Of a DNA stretch of 64,000 nt, positions 9,632 through 20,014 are shown in pieces; the first letter of the stretch is position 1; each line of letters opens with the position of its first letter. Source of the stretch: an uncultured Gemmatimonadales bacterium (GTDB taxonomy: Bacteria > Gemmatimonadota > Gemmatimonadetes > Gemmatimonadales > GWC2-71-9); NCBI GenBank assembly GCA_963795085.1, contig CAWCFX010000001.1, positions 544,001 through 608,000 of the forward strand, in the 5' to 3' direction. The notes under the pieces are model-generated. The model was not told the origin of the DNA, did not search any database, and saw only the letters and a program-made list of their open reading frames with translations. The translations under genes and the position numbers were made by a program.

Positions 9632-11020
9632 CTATGCCGACGGCTTCCGCCTAAGCTGTGGATCCCCAGTGGGTTGGGGTCTGGACCCGGAAGGCTCCGA
9701 CCGCTTCGGTTCGGCTCGCCTGGGCTCCGCGCGGGGGGCCGGATCCCGGCTCGGCTCGGCCCGGGGTGCGGGTTCCCGTCGCGGCTCGCTCCGCGGGGGC
9801 TCGGAGCGGCCCGGTTCCGACCGCCGGGGTTCCCCCCGGCGGGGTTCGCTCTGATCCCGGCTGGGAGAGGTCTCTCTCCTCGGCTCGGAGCGCCGCTCCG
9901 GCGGCGCGATGTCGGGGCCGCCCGGTTCCACCGGACGGAGGTTCTTCGTGGGCTCGGTCTCCCGCCGCCGGGGCTCTTCGTTCCCGCGGGGCTGGGGATT
10001 CTCCCGGGGCAGGACATTCGGGGGTTGCCCGCCGCCCTCGTCGGTCCGCCGCCGGGGAGTCCCCGCGTCGCGGCTGTCGCCACCAGTGGGCCGGGAACCG
10101 TCGTCTGCGGCTCGCCGTCCCCGCGGCTCCACCGGGGCCGGGATGCTGCCGCGGCCGCCCACGTCCGCGCTGGTCCGGTCGCGCTCCACCACCCGGCGGC
10201 CTTCATCGGCGGGACGCTGCCGTTCCCGGGTCACGTAGTCCCGACCGGGACCATGGTCCTTGAAGACATACCGGGGCCCGGGCCGGTAGGGCCGGACGAT
10301 CACCACGTTGCGCCCCCGGTAGTGCCGGTAGGGGTAGTAGTAGTAATCGTCGTAGATCACGATCCGGAAACGGTTGCACGAATAGTGGTACGGATTCCAG
10401 TAGGAGTAGCTGACGTAATTGTGGCAGTCGTAGCAGACGAACCGGGGATAGTCGTAGTGCTGATCGACGTAATAAGGAACGATATCGTAGTCGTATTCGC
10501 CGGGGCCCGCGATCCGCGAAGCGAATTCGGTGAGACTTACGTACGGATCTCCCCGGACCCGGCCGTCGGCGATCAGCCGGTAGTCCCAGTGGTCACCCCG
10601 GATAAATTCATCGAACCGGAACGGGTCGGGGGACGACACGGCGAAGAGGTAGCCCACGCCGGGGTAGTCATCGATGGTGAAGGCGCGGTCGTTGCGGTCG
10701 AGGACTTCGAAGGTGCGGCCCCCCCGGGCGAAGTTGTCCTCCCAGGGTTCCCGGGGGAACAGCACCCGGATCCGGCCGTCGGTATCCACCCGCAGCACCG
10801 CGATGTAGCCGTCGGTTTCGGCCTTGAAATACACCCGGGCCTGTTCGCCGCGCCGGTAGGGGTCCTCATCGCGGTTGGTCCAGACGCTGATGCGCTGACG
10901 TTCGGTCGCGCGGATCCAGCTGGCGATTCGCCCCAGTTCAAGGGGGCCGGGCGATGCGGCCGTCGGCGCGGACCCGGAGGGCCCAGCGACCAGCAGCAAC
11001 CCGATGAATGGAGCGAACAT
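9632..11020 (-). CDS. Secreted DUF4384-like domain protein with Tyr-rich segment, CxxCH motif and Pro/Arg/Glu-rich disordered tail
   Basis: RBS GGAGGAG before ATG 11020. Signal-like N-terminus. YRRGEQARVYFKAETDGYIAVLRVDTDGRIRVLFP typical of DUF4384. CYDCH. EPRR repeats. Confidence 0.75.
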   Translation of the reverse strand: MFAPFIGLLLVAGPSGSAPTAASPGPLELGRIASWIRATERQRISVWTNRDEDPYRRGEQARVYFKAETDGYIAVLRVDTDGRIRVLFPREPWEDNFARGGRTFEVLDRNDRAFTIDDYPGVGYLFAVSSPDPFRFDEFIRGDHWDYRLIADGRVRGDPYVSLTEFASRIAGPGEYDYDIVPYYVDQHYDYPRFVCYDCHNYVSYSYWNPYHYSCNRFRIVIYDDYYYYPYRHYRGRNVVIVRPYRPGPRYVFKDHGPGRDYVTRERQRPADEGRRVVERDRTSADVGGRGSIPAPVEPRGRRAADDGSRPTGGDSRDAGTPRRRTDEGGGQPPNVLPRENPQPRGNEEPRRRETEPTKNLRPVEPGGPDIAPPERRSEPRRETSPSRDQSEPRRGEPRRSEPGRSEPPRSEPRREPAPRAEPSRDPAPRAEPRRAEPKRSEPSGSRPQPTGDPQLRRKPSA

Positions 11021-11061
11021 TGTCTCCTCCGAAGGAAAAACGGCGAGGTACCCGCCTCGAT

Positions 11062-11077
11062 TGCAGACCATGTGCCA
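11062..11077 (-). promoter_or_regulatory. Putative sigma54 (-24/-12) promoter
   Basis: Minus strand TGGCAC-ATGGT-CTGCA (GG-N10-GC), about 40 bp upstream of the DUF4384 start. Confidence 0.55.
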
Positions 11078-11218
11078 TGCATCCCAGAATCTCAAGCCAT
11101 TGTGCCACCGGGAGTTGGACGTTTTCACCGGGCTGGCCTCCCATCCGCGATGTGTCCCGGGATGGGGACAGGTGACCGCGTTGACTTGCACCCCTTTCTC
11201 TCAATACGTTGCGCCCGA

Positions 11219-12145
11219 ATGAACCGACCTGTCAGCGCGCCGGGCCTGTCCCGGGTGGATCTGCTTGACCCCCTGGAGGTCTCCCGTCTCGGGGGGCTGG
11301 AACTGGTGTCCCAGGGAATCGTAGAAGGGTTCCTGGCCGGCCTCCACCGGTCCCCCCGGCGGGGATTCTCGGTCGAGTTCGCCGAGCACCGCATGTATCA
11401 GCCGGGAGACGAACTGCGCTACGTGGACTGGAAGATCCTGGGCCGCAACGACCGCCTCTACGTGAAGCAGTTCGAAGAAGAGACCAACCTGCGGGCCATG
11501 ATCGTCACCGACATCAGCCGCTCCATGGCCTGGAGCGGCGCCCCGGAAACCACCCTCACCAAACTGGATTACACCCGGCGGCTGGTCGCCGCTCTCAGCC
11601 TGTTGCTGCTGCGCCAGCGGGACGCCACCGGGCTGATCACCTTCGATGACGAGGTCCGCTCGGTGACCCCGGCCCGGGCCCGGCTGAGCCACTGGCGAAC
11701 CATCCTGGGGGTGCTCGAGACGCTCAAGCCGGGGGAGGGGACGGCCGCCGAGCCGGCCCTCCGGCGGGTGATGGGCCGGCTCCGGCGCCGGGGGCTCGTC
11801 GTCTTCATTTCCGACCTCCTGCTGGATCGCAGCACCGCACTCCACGCCCTCCAGTTTCTCCGGCACCGCGGCCACCAGGTGATGGTCTTTCACATCATGG
11901 ACCCCGCGGAAGTAAACCTCGACGGGCCGGCGGAGGCTCGCTTCGAGGACCCGGAGACCCGGGCGACCATCACCCTCCGCCCCAAGGACTGGGCCGAGGT
12001 GTACCGGGAGACGGTCGCGGGGGTCGTGGGCGAGTGGTACAAGGCCTGTCGCAGCCGGGGCATCCACTATCATCGGGTCACCACCGACACCCCGTTCGGC
12101 ATCGCCCTCCGCCGCGCGCTGGCCCAGCCGGCGGGGATTACGTGA
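11219..12145 (+). CDS. DUF58 protein (MoxR-associated, vWA-like)
   Basis: GLHRSPRRGFSVEFAEHRMYQPGDELRYVDWK, VKQFEEETN, DISRSM, ISDL. The ORF-track N-terminal extension is a shadow of the DUF4384 gene. Confidence 0.9.
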   Translation: MNRPVSAPGLSRVDLLDPLEVSRLGGLELVSQGIVEGFLAGLHRSPRRGFSVEFAEHRMYQPGDELRYVDWKILGRNDRLYVKQFEEETNLRAMIVTDISRSMAWSGAPETTLTKLDYTRRLVAALSLLLLRQRDATGLITFDDEVRSVTPARARLSHWRTILGVLETLKPGEGTAAEPALRRVMGRLRRRGLVVFISDLLLDRSTALHALQFLRHRGHQVMVFHIMDPAEVNLDGPAEARFEDPETRATITLRPKDWAEVYRETVAGVVGEWYKACRSRGIHYHRVTTDTPFGIALRRALAQPAGIT

Positions 12146-13926
12146 TTTCCTTTCTCCATCCTTGGGTACTGGCGGGACTGCTGGCCGCCGGGATTCCCAT
12201 TCTCCTGCACCTTATCCAGCGCCGGCAGCCCCCGGTCGTCGTCTTCCCCGCCGTTCGCTACCTGGTGGATACCACCCGGGAGCACCAGAAACGGCTGAAG
12301 CTGCGCAACTGGCTGCTGCTCATCATCCGGACCCTGCTCATCATCCTGCTGGTGCTGGCCGCGGCGGGGCCGACGGCGCCCATCTCCGGCGCGCCCGGAC
12401 ATTCTCCGGCTGCCCTGGTTCTGATCCTGGACAACAGTCTCAGCAGCGGGGCGGTGGTAGAGGGCACCTCCCGGCTGGACAGCTTCCGCCGCGCCGCCGG
12501 CCGGATACTGGACCGGGCCACCGCCGAGGACAGGCTCTGGCTGGTGCTGGCCGACGGTGTGCCTCGGCGGGGCGACCGCACCCGGCTCACCCAACTGGTG
12601 GATAGCGCGGAAGCCACGGCCAGCCGGCTCGACCTGGGCCAGGCGATTCGCGACGCCGACATGGTCCTGGCTAACCAGGAGCTGCCCGGTGAGATCATCC
12701 TGGTCAGCGACCTCCAGGCGTCGGCGGTGACCGCGGCGGAGGTCACTCATCCGCTGCTGGTGGTGCGGCCTGAAGGACCCGTCAGCCGGAACCTGGGCCT
12801 GGCCGCGATCGACCCCGGTCCCCAGCCCTGGTCGCTCTCCGGGTCCCGCGCCACCGTCCGCGTGATGGGAGATTCGTCGCTTTCCATCCCGGTGGCCGTC
12901 CGTCTTGGCGAGCGACCGCCCCGGCAGGCCCTCGTCCGCCCGGGAATGCCGGCGTCGGTGCCGCTCACCGGCGGGGCCGCCGGCTGGTGGCCCATTCACG
13001 CCGAGTTGGACCCCGATGAGTTGCTCAAGGACAACGCGCGGACCGGCGTCGTCCGGGTGGCCCCGGTGGCCGGCGTCTCCTGGCCGGCCGACCTCAGGTA
13101 CCTCGGCGCGGCCGCCGAGGTTCTGCTCTCCAATGGGCGGATCTCCCGGGGGGCCGAGGTGATGCTGGGGCGGCTGGGACCGGGGTTTTCCATCCTGGAG
13201 CCGCCCGCCGACCCGGCCCAGTTGGGCGCGATCAACCGGAGCCTGGACCAGCGCGGTGTGGGCTGGCGGTACGGGCGGCTGATCCAGGCCAGCATCATCT
13301 CCGACAGCGGTCCGCTGGTCGGGCGGGAGCGGATCGAGCGGCGATATACCCTGGAACCGGTCGGCAGCGGCCGGACCGGCGTCATCGCCACAGCCGGGGG
13401 CGCGCCCTGGATCGTCCGGGGAGGCGACGTCGTTCTCCTCGGCAGCCGGCTCGATCCCGAGTGGACCGCCTTGCCGCTTTCGGCGGCTTTCATGCCCTTC
13501 ATGGACGCGCTGCTCAACCGGGTGGCCCGGGGCGAGATCACCCTGGCGGAAGGCTATCCCGACACCCCGGTTACTCTGCCCGACCGGGTGACCGGGGTGT
13601 CAGCCGGCGAACGCCGGTGGACGGTTGAAGGCGGGGCGCCTTTCCGTACGGCCCAGCCCGGTATTCATTTCCTGCTTGCCGGGCGGGATACCATTGGCGC
13701 CCTGGCGGTCAACTTCGACCCGCGAGAATCTCTGCTGGAGCCCGTGACCGACGATGCCGTGAAGGACCTCTGGGACGGGGTGGCCCTCGCCAGCCTCGAT
13801 GAAGGACCGTCGCGCGCCTTTTCCCTTGGCATCCGATCCGACCTGCGCGGTCCCCTGCTCTGGGCGGTGCTGGCCCTGGGACTGGCGGAAGTCCTGCTGG
13901 CGAGCGTCTGGCGCAAATCGGCGTGA
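12142..13926 (+). CDS. BatA-domain/vWA membrane protein
   Basis: GTG start overlapping DUF58 stop. FLHPWVL..PILLHL..FP BatA motif, DNSLS MIDAS-like motif, C-terminal PRES and TM helix. Confidence 0.82.
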   Translation: MISFLHPWVLAGLLAAGIPILLHLIQRRQPPVVVFPAVRYLVDTTREHQKRLKLRNWLLLIIRTLLIILLVLAAAGPTAPISGAPGHSPAALVLILDNSLSSGAVVEGTSRLDSFRRAAGRILDRATAEDRLWLVLADGVPRRGDRTRLTQLVDSAEATASRLDLGQAIRDADMVLANQELPGEIILVSDLQASAVTAAEVTHPLLVVRPEGPVSRNLGLAAIDPGPQPWSLSGSRATVRVMGDSSLSIPVAVRLGERPPRQALVRPGMPASVPLTGGAAGWWPIHAELDPDELLKDNARTGVVRVAPVAGVSWPADLRYLGAAAEVLLSNGRISRGAEVMLGRLGPGFSILEPPADPAQLGAINRSLDQRGVGWRYGRLIQASIISDSGPLVGRERIERRYTLEPVGSGRTGVIATAGGAPWIVRGGDVVLLGSRLDPEWTALPLSAAFMPFMDALLNRVARGEITLAEGYPDTPVTLPDRVTGVSAGERRWTVEGGAPFRTAQPGIHFLLAGRDTIGALAVNFDPRESLLEPVTDDAVKDLWDGVALASLDEGPSRAFSLGIRSDLRGPLLWAVLALGLAEVLLASVWRKSA

Positions 13927-16900
13927 GTCTCCACTCGATTCTCGATGCGCTCGGCCGGACCCGCACGGCGCAGGACCTGCTCACCAGGCTACCCGGACGA
14001 GGATCTTCCCTGACCCTGGGCGGGTTGCCGGGGTCGAGCGGGGCCGTCACCGTGGCCTGGATCGCCCGCGCCCTCCCCCAGCGCCTGCTCACCGTGGTGG
14101 CGCCGACGCCCGCCGAAGCCGAACGCTGGCTGAGCGACCTGCAGCCGCTGACCACCGCCGGGGTCGCCCTCTACCCCCAGCGGGAGAGCCTGGGCGAAGA
14201 AGAACCCCACTACGAAATCGCCGGAGAGCGGGTCGAGACGCTGGAGGCGCTGCTGGGAGGGAAACTTCGCATCCTGGTGACGACGGCGCGGGCTACCGCG
14301 GAACGGACCCGGGTGCCGGCGGCGCTGGCCGCAATGCGGCTGGTCCTCAGGGCGGGGGAGCGTCGGCCGCTCACCGACGTCGCCCACTCGCTGGAGCGGA
14401 TGGGCTACCGGCGGGTGCCGACGGTCACCGAGGTGGCCGAGTTCAGCGTGCGGGGCGGCATCATTGACGTGTACGGGTTCGGCATGGGCGAGGCGGCCCG
14501 TTGCGAGTGGTGGGGGGACGAACTCAACTCGCTCTGGGTATTCGACCTGACCAGCCAGCGCTCGTTGCAGCAGATCGACGAAATCACCATCCTGCCCGTT
14601 TCCCCGCCCGATCCCGCCGAGCCCGAAGTCACCGGTTTCACCGCCGCCCGGCAGACCCTGCTGGAGCTGCTGCCCTCCGACACCCTCCTGGTGGAGGAGG
14701 CCATGGGCCCGGACCGGGATGAAGTGGAACGGGCCTGGCGGGAGGCCGAGCATCACCTGGACGTGGCGCGCCGGCTGGGGGAAGACGTGCCCTCGCGCGA
14801 CGCGTTGTTCGAGGAACCGGACCAGTGGCGGCGCCGGCTGGAAGCCTTCGGCCGGCTGATCCTGGGGGAGGCGCTGCCGGACCTGCAGATGGGGTTTCTG
14901 CCGCCCGAAAAGATCGACCGCAATCTGAACCGCCTGCGCGCGGTGCTCGGCTCCGAACAGCCCACCCTCATTCTCTGCGACAACGAAGGCCAGCTGGAGC
15001 GGCTCGATGAACTGCTCAACGAAGGCGGCCGCGGCGGCATCCACGCCACCCTCGTCATAGGAAGCCTCGATGGCGGGTTCGTGCTGCCGGGCCTCCGGGT
15101 CCTGACCGACCACGAGATCTTCCGGCGGGCCCGCCGGCTCCGCCGCTCCCGCCGTTACCGGCAGGCGGCGCCTTCGTCCGCGACCGGGGCGCTGACGGTG
15201 GGCGACTACGTGGTACACCTCGATCATGGGATTGGGATCTACCGCGGCATCGGCAGCGTCACGGTCGGCGGGGGGATTCTCGAGGTGGCCATCGTCGAAT
15301 ACGAGGGCGGCGACCGGCTCAATGTCCCCCTGTACCGGCTGGACCAGCTGGAACGGTACCGGGCCGCGGGGGACGACGGCGACCGGCCCCCGCCCCGGCT
15401 CCACCGGCTGGGCGGCCACAGCTGGCAGCGGGTCCGGGAGCGCACCCGGGAAGCCATCAAGGCCATGGCAGCCGAACTGCTCGACCTCTACGCCCGCCGG
15501 CAGGTGAGCGCCGGCTATCCCTTCCCGCCGGATACCCGCTGGCAACGGGAGCTGGAATCGAGCTTCCTGTACGAAGACACGCCCGACCAGGTCAAGGCCA
15601 CCGAACAGGTCAAGCAGGACATGGAACAGCCCAAGCCGATGGACCGGCTCCTGGTGGGGGACGTGGGCTACGGCAAGACCGAGATCGCGGTGCGGGCGGC
15701 GTTCAAGGCGGTGCAGGGGGGCAAACAGGCCGCGGTGCTGGTCCCGACCACCATCCTGGCCGAGCAGCACGGCCGCACCTTCATCGAGCGGTTGGTGGAT
15801 TACCCGGTCAAGATCGAAGTCCTCTCCCGGTTCCGGACCGCGCGGGAGCAGAAACAGGCAGTTGCCCGGCTGGCGACCGGCGCGACCGACATCATCATCG
15901 GCACCCACCGGCTGTTGTCCCGGGACGTCGTGTTCAAGGACCTGGGAATCCTGGTGGTGGACGAGGAGCACCGCTTCGGGGTCAAGCACAAGGAGCGGCT
16001 CAAGGAACTGCGGCTCTCGGTGGATGTCCTGACCCTGACCGCCACCCCGATTCCCCGGACCCTGCATCTCTCGCTGGCCGGGCTCCGCGACCTGACCCTG
16101 CTGGAGACCGCTCCCCGCGACCGCTCTCCGATCCTGACGTTCGTGGAGCCGTGGGACGATGGCCTGCTGGAAGAGGCCTTCGCGCGGGAGCTGGACCGGG
16201 GCGGCCAGGTATTCGTGGTGCATAACCGGATCGAAACCATTGATACCATCGCCGCGAGGGTGCGGGCCCTGGCGCCGCGGGCGAAGGTGGGGGTCGCCCA
16301 TGGCCAGATGGCGGCCGATGACCTGGAGCAGGTGATGCGCGGGTTCGTGGCCGGCGAGGTGGACATCCTGGTCTCCACGATGATCGTGGAATCGGGCCTC
16401 GACGTGCCCAACGCCAATACGATGGTCGTCCACGATGCCCACCGGTTCGGTCTGGCCCAACTGTACCAGCTTCGGGGCCGGGTGGGCCGCAGCCACCGGA
16501 GGGCGTATTGCTACCTGCTGGCGTCCGACCAGACCTCGCCGGAAGCGGAAGACCGGCTCAAGATCCTGGAGCATCATACCGACCTGGGCAGCGGCTACCG
16601 GATCGCGCTCAAGGACCTGGAGATCCGGGGCGCGGGCAACATGCTGGGGTCGGAACAGTCGGGACATGCCCACGCGGTCGGCTTCGACCTGTACCTGCGC
16701 TGGCTGGAGGAGACGGTGATCGCGCTCCGGGGCCAGGGCAAGGTGGAGCACCCGGCCCCGCCGGACGTGGTGCTGGACCGCCCGGCTCATCTTCCCGAAG
16801 GCTACGTGCCGGACGACGAGATCAAGCTGGACCTGTACCGCCGACTGGCGCGAGCCTCGTCGTCAGGCGAGATTGATGAGTTGCGCGCGGAAATGCGGGA

Positions 16901-17192
16901 GCGGTTCGGACCCCTCCCGGAGGAAGCGGAAAACCTGCTTCACATGGCCCGCCTGCGGGTTCTCGGTGCGTCAATGGGATTGCAGCACGTCCTCATCCGG
17001 GGCGACGAGGCCCGCCTGACCTTCCGGCAGGGGGCGACCCCCCGGCTGGCGGGCCTGACCCGCGCCCTGGACGACGTGCAGCTCTCGGCCGAGGTCCGGC
17101 GCACGGTGCCGCTGTCCATGCGGCTGCTCCGGCTGGGGGGCGAGGCGATGGTACCGGCGCTGGCGCGGGCGCTGGCCGCCGGCAGCCAGTAG
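13923..17192 (+). CDS. mfd: Transcription-repair coupling factor
   Basis: RGGIIDVY, GDYVVHLDHGIG (RID), GDVGYGKTE, DEEHRFGV, TATPIPRTL, QLRGRVGRS, TRCF C-terminus. Confidence 0.97.
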   Translation: MSLHSILDALGRTRTAQDLLTRLPGRGSSLTLGGLPGSSGAVTVAWIARALPQRLLTVVAPTPAEAERWLSDLQPLTTAGVALYPQRESLGEEEPHYEIAGERVETLEALLGGKLRILVTTARATAERTRVPAALAAMRLVLRAGERRPLTDVAHSLERMGYRRVPTVTEVAEFSVRGGIIDVYGFGMGEAARCEWWGDELNSLWVFDLTSQRSLQQIDEITILPVSPPDPAEPEVTGFTAARQTLLELLPSDTLLVEEAMGPDRDEVERAWREAEHHLDVARRLGEDVPSRDALFEEPDQWRRRLEAFGRLILGEALPDLQMGFLPPEKIDRNLNRLRAVLGSEQPTLILCDNEGQLERLDELLNEGGRGGIHATLVIGSLDGGFVLPGLRVLTDHEIFRRARRLRRSRRYRQAAPSSATGALTVGDYVVHLDHGIGIYRGIGSVTVGGGILEVAIVEYEGGDRLNVPLYRLDQLERYRAAGDDGDRPPPRLHRLGGHSWQRVRERTREAIKAMAAELLDLYARRQVSAGYPFPPDTRWQRELESSFLYEDTPDQVKATEQVKQDMEQPKPMDRLLVGDVGYGKTEIAVRAAFKAVQGGKQAAVLVPTTILAEQHGRTFIERLVDYPVKIEVLSRFRTAREQKQAVARLATGATDIIIGTHRLLSRDVVFKDLGILVVDEEHRFGVKHKERLKELRLSVDVLTLTATPIPRTLHLSLAGLRDLTLLETAPRDRSPILTFVEPWDDGLLEEAFARELDRGGQVFVVHNRIETIDTIAARVRALAPRAKVGVAHGQMAADDLEQVMRGFVAGEVDILVSTMIVESGLDVPNANTMVVHDAHRFGLAQLYQLRGRVGRSHRRAYCYLLASDQTSPEAEDRLKILEHHTDLGSGYRIALKDLEIRGAGNMLGSEQSGHAHAVGFDLYLRWLEETVIALRGQGKVEHPAPPDVVLDRPAHLPEGYVPDDEIKLDLYRRLARASSSGEIDELRAEMRERFGPLPEEAENLLHMARLRVLGASMGLQHVLIRGDEARLTFRQGATPRLAGLTRALDDVQLSAEVRRTVPLSMRLLRLGGEAMVPALARALAAGSQ

Positions 17193-17197
17193 CCGTT

Positions 17198-17232
17198 CAA
17201 CCTGCAATCTGACATCCGCAATCTGAAATCTC
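17198..17232 (+). repeat. Degenerate heptamer tandem repeat (CAATCTG-like x5)
   Basis: caacctg caatctg acatccg caatctg aaatctc between mfd and the PPIase gene. Confidence 0.6.
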
Positions 17233-17246
17233 ACTTGGGGGAGCGA

Positions 17247-18695
17247 ATGCGTAAGGCGTGGCTGGTCATTGGTCTGGCGGGAGTGCTGGGGTGCAACAGT
17301 TTCCGGGATCTCTTCTCGGCGCATGCCGATAGGGCCGCCGAAGCGGCGGGCCAGGAACTGTCATCGGAGCGGCTGGCCGAAATCATGGGACAGACGAAGG
17401 GCGTTCCGATCACCCGGGAGGCGGCCGAGTTCGTCGCCAACGTGTGGGTGGATTACACCCTCTTCTCCCAGGCGCTGGCCCGGGGGACCAACCTCAGCGA
17501 CTCCTTGACCATCGCCGAGACGATGTGGCCCCAGATCGCCCAGGTGAAGGGCGACCGGTGGTTCGACACGGTGCTGACCCGGCGCCTCGAGCTCCCCGAC
17601 GGCGCGGTGGACAGCCTCTACAACGCCGGGCAGTTGCGGCTGGTCCAGCACATTCTCTACACTGTTCCCCAGGGGTCCGGCGAGGAGGAGCGGGTGGCCG
17701 CCGAGCGGAAGGCGAACGCCGCCCTGGCGCGGATCCGGGGCGGGGCTGATTTCGGTGCCGTCGCCCTGGTCGAGAGCCAGGACTTCCAGAGCGCCCGGGA
17801 CAGCGGCTTCCTTCCTCCGTCACCCCGGGGCGCCTGGGTCACCTCGGTGGACAGCGCCATCTGGAGCCTGTCGCCCGGGGGGGTCAGCGGGCTGGTAGAA
17901 TCGCCCTACGGCTACCACCTCATCCGGCGGCCCACCGCCGCCGCCGTGCGGACCCGGCTGGAGGCCTACCTGGAGGGCCAGGAGACCAACCAGCTGGATT
18001 CGCTGTATCGCGATTCCATCGCCCAGGCCCGCGGCCTCAAGCTCTCCGGCTCGGCGGTCACCCTGATGCGGGGAGCCATCGCCGACCCCGAGACCCAGCG
18101 CAATTCCTCCAAGAAGATCGTCGAGTTCCGCGGCGGCGGGTTCACGGTGGGCGATTTCCTGCGCTGGGTCTTCGCGCTGCCGCCCCAGTTCGTCCAGCAG
18201 CTCAAGGGCGCCACCGACGACCAACTGAAAGAAGTCGCCACCCTGTTTGCCCAGAACACCATCCTGCTGATGCAGGCGGACTCGGCGGGGATCCAACTGA
18301 CCCCGGTCGAGTGGCAGGGATTGCAGATGCAGCACCGCGCGGGGATCGACACCCTTCGGTTCAGCCTGGGCCTCGGGTTCGAGATCAGCGATAGCAGCGT
18401 CGCGGTTTCGGAGCGGAGCAAGCTGGCCGCGCTCCGGCTCGATACCTACTTCAATGACCTGGTCAGCGGCCGGACCCGGGTTCGCCCGATCCCTGCCACC
18501 CTGTCTTCCTTTCTCCGGCGGGAGGGCTCCTACGAGATCAACGATGCCGGTCTCCTTCGGGCCGTCGAGATCGCCCAGGGCAAGCAGCGCGCGGATTCAG
18601 CGGCGTCCGCCGATTCGTTGGCCCGGCCGGCGGTACCGGCGCCCCAGCTGCGGGATTCCGCGGCGGTTCCGCCCCGTCCCGGTGCCCAGCCATGA
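17247..18695 (+). CDS. PpiC/parvulin-type peptidyl-prolyl isomerase, probable lipoprotein
   Basis: Lipobox-like VLGC. QHIL, GADFGAVA, VESPYGYHLI. Confidence 0.8.
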   Translation: MRKAWLVIGLAGVLGCNSFRDLFSAHADRAAEAAGQELSSERLAEIMGQTKGVPITREAAEFVANVWVDYTLFSQALARGTNLSDSLTIAETMWPQIAQVKGDRWFDTVLTRRLELPDGAVDSLYNAGQLRLVQHILYTVPQGSGEEERVAAERKANAALARIRGGADFGAVALVESQDFQSARDSGFLPPSPRGAWVTSVDSAIWSLSPGGVSGLVESPYGYHLIRRPTAAAVRTRLEAYLEGQETNQLDSLYRDSIAQARGLKLSGSAVTLMRGAIADPETQRNSSKKIVEFRGGGFTVGDFLRWVFALPPQFVQQLKGATDDQLKEVATLFAQNTILLMQADSAGIQLTPVEWQGLQMQHRAGIDTLRFSLGLGFEISDSSVAVSERSKLAALRLDTYFNDLVSGRTRVRPIPATLSSFLRREGSYEINDAGLLRAVEIAQGKQRADSAASADSLARPAVPAPQLRDSAAVPPRPGAQP

Positions 18696-20014
18696 AACTG
18701 AGGTGGGCGGGACTGGTCCTCGGCCTCTGCCTTCCGGCGGAGGCCCTGTGCGCCCAGGAGCCGGAAACCGGCCCCATCGACCAGATCGTGGCGGTGGTCG
18801 GCCAGGCACCTATCCTGATGTCGCAGGTGCAGGAGGAGATCCTCGCCCAGCGCATGCAGGGCGTCCCGATCCCCACCGGGGAAGAGGAGATCCGGGAACT
18901 CCAGCAGCGGGTGCTCCAGGAGCTGATTGACGCGGAGTTGCTGCTCCAGGAGGCGGCGACCGACACCATGGTCAAGGTGACCGACGACGAAGTCATCCAG
19001 GCCGTCGAGGCCCGGATCCGGCAGCAGCGGCGGGATATTCCCTCCGAGCTGGAGTGGCGGAACGAGCTGCGGCGGGAAGGCTTTCTCACGCCCGAGGAAT
19101 ACCGCCGCTGGCTGATCGAGCAGCAGCGCCGGTTCTTCCTGCGGGAGAAGTACCTCCAGAGCCTGCAGGCCAGCCGCCGGCTGGTGCAGGTCCAGCCGAC
19201 CGAAGCGGAACTGCGCGACTATTTCGACAAGCAGAAAGGATCGCTGTCGCCGGAGCAGCGGAAGACCCCGCCGGCGGTCTCCTTCCGGCAGGTGGTGGTG
19301 GCGCCCCGGCCCAGCGACGCGGCCCGGGCAGAGGCCCGGGCCCGGACCGACTCCATCGTGCGGGAACTGCGGAACGGCGCGGACTTCGCCGCCGCGGCCC
19401 GCCGGTTTTCGTCCGACCCCGCGTCCCGGGAAAAAGGCGGCGACCTGGGCTGGTTCCGGCGGGGCGTCATGATCGCCGAGTTTGAGCGGGTCGCCTTCCA
19501 GATGCGGCCCGGGGTGGTGTCCGAGCCGGTCGAGACCAGCTTCGGTTTTCACATCATCCAGGTCCAGCGGATCCAGCCGACTGAAATCCAGGCCCGCCAT
19601 ATCCTGGTCACGCCCGACGTGAGCCAGGCGGCGTCCGACAGCGCCCGGGCCCTGGCGGACCGGATCGCCGAGCGAGTCCGGGAGGGCGGGGCGGTGGATT
19701 CGCTGCAGCTGCGGTATCACGACGCGGCCGAGCTCAAGATCGCCGAGGATGCGCCGCTGTCGCAGCTGCCCCCCGCCTACACCGCCCTGTCCACCGCGGA
19801 CTCCGGGGCGGTCCTGGTGGTGACCCTTCCAGCCGAGCCGGAGGTGCGCAGCAAGTTCGCCGTGGTCCAGGTGGTCGGCCGCCGGGCGGAGGGCGAGATC
19901 TCGTTCCAGGACGTGAAAGAACTGATCCGGCCCCGGGTGGCGGAACAGCTTGCCATCCAGCGCTACGTGGCCCAGCTCCGCGAGAAGACTTACGTGGAGA
20001 TCCGGCCGATTTGA
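18692..20014 (+). CDS. surA: SurA-like periplasmic chaperone/PPIase
   Basis: DQIVAVVG SurA N-terminus, GADFAAAARRFS, GGDLGWF, ETSFGFHII. Directly upstream of pdxA, a conserved arrangement. Confidence 0.8.
   Translation: MKLRWAGLVLGLCLPAEALCAQEPETGPIDQIVAVVGQAPILMSQVQEEILAQRMQGVPIPTGEEEIRELQQRVLQELIDAELLLQEAATDTMVKVTDDEVIQAVEARIRQQRRDIPSELEWRNELRREGFLTPEEYRRWLIEQQRRFFLREKYLQSLQASRRLVQVQPTEAELRDYFDKQKGSLSPEQRKTPPAVSFRQVVVAPRPSDAARAEARARTDSIVRELRNGADFAAAARRFSSDPASREKGGDLGWFRRGVMIAEFERVAFQMRPGVVSEPVETSFGFHIIQVQRIQPTEIQARHILVTPDVSQAASDSARALADRIAERVREGGAVDSLQLRYHDAAELKIAEDAPLSQLPPAYTALSTADSGAVLVVTLPAEPEVRSKFAVVQVVGRRAEGEISFQDVKELIRPRVAEQLAIQRYVAQLREKTYVEIRPI

Noticed and set aside
9690..9960. GGCTC/CGGCTCG-type DNA repeats
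   Set aside because: Explained by the EPRR/EPSR low-complexity tail of the DUF4384 protein.
9407..11218. Apparent 600-aa N-terminal extension on DUF58
   Set aside because: It is the antisense of the DUF4384 gene. The DUF58 domain begins near ATG 11219.
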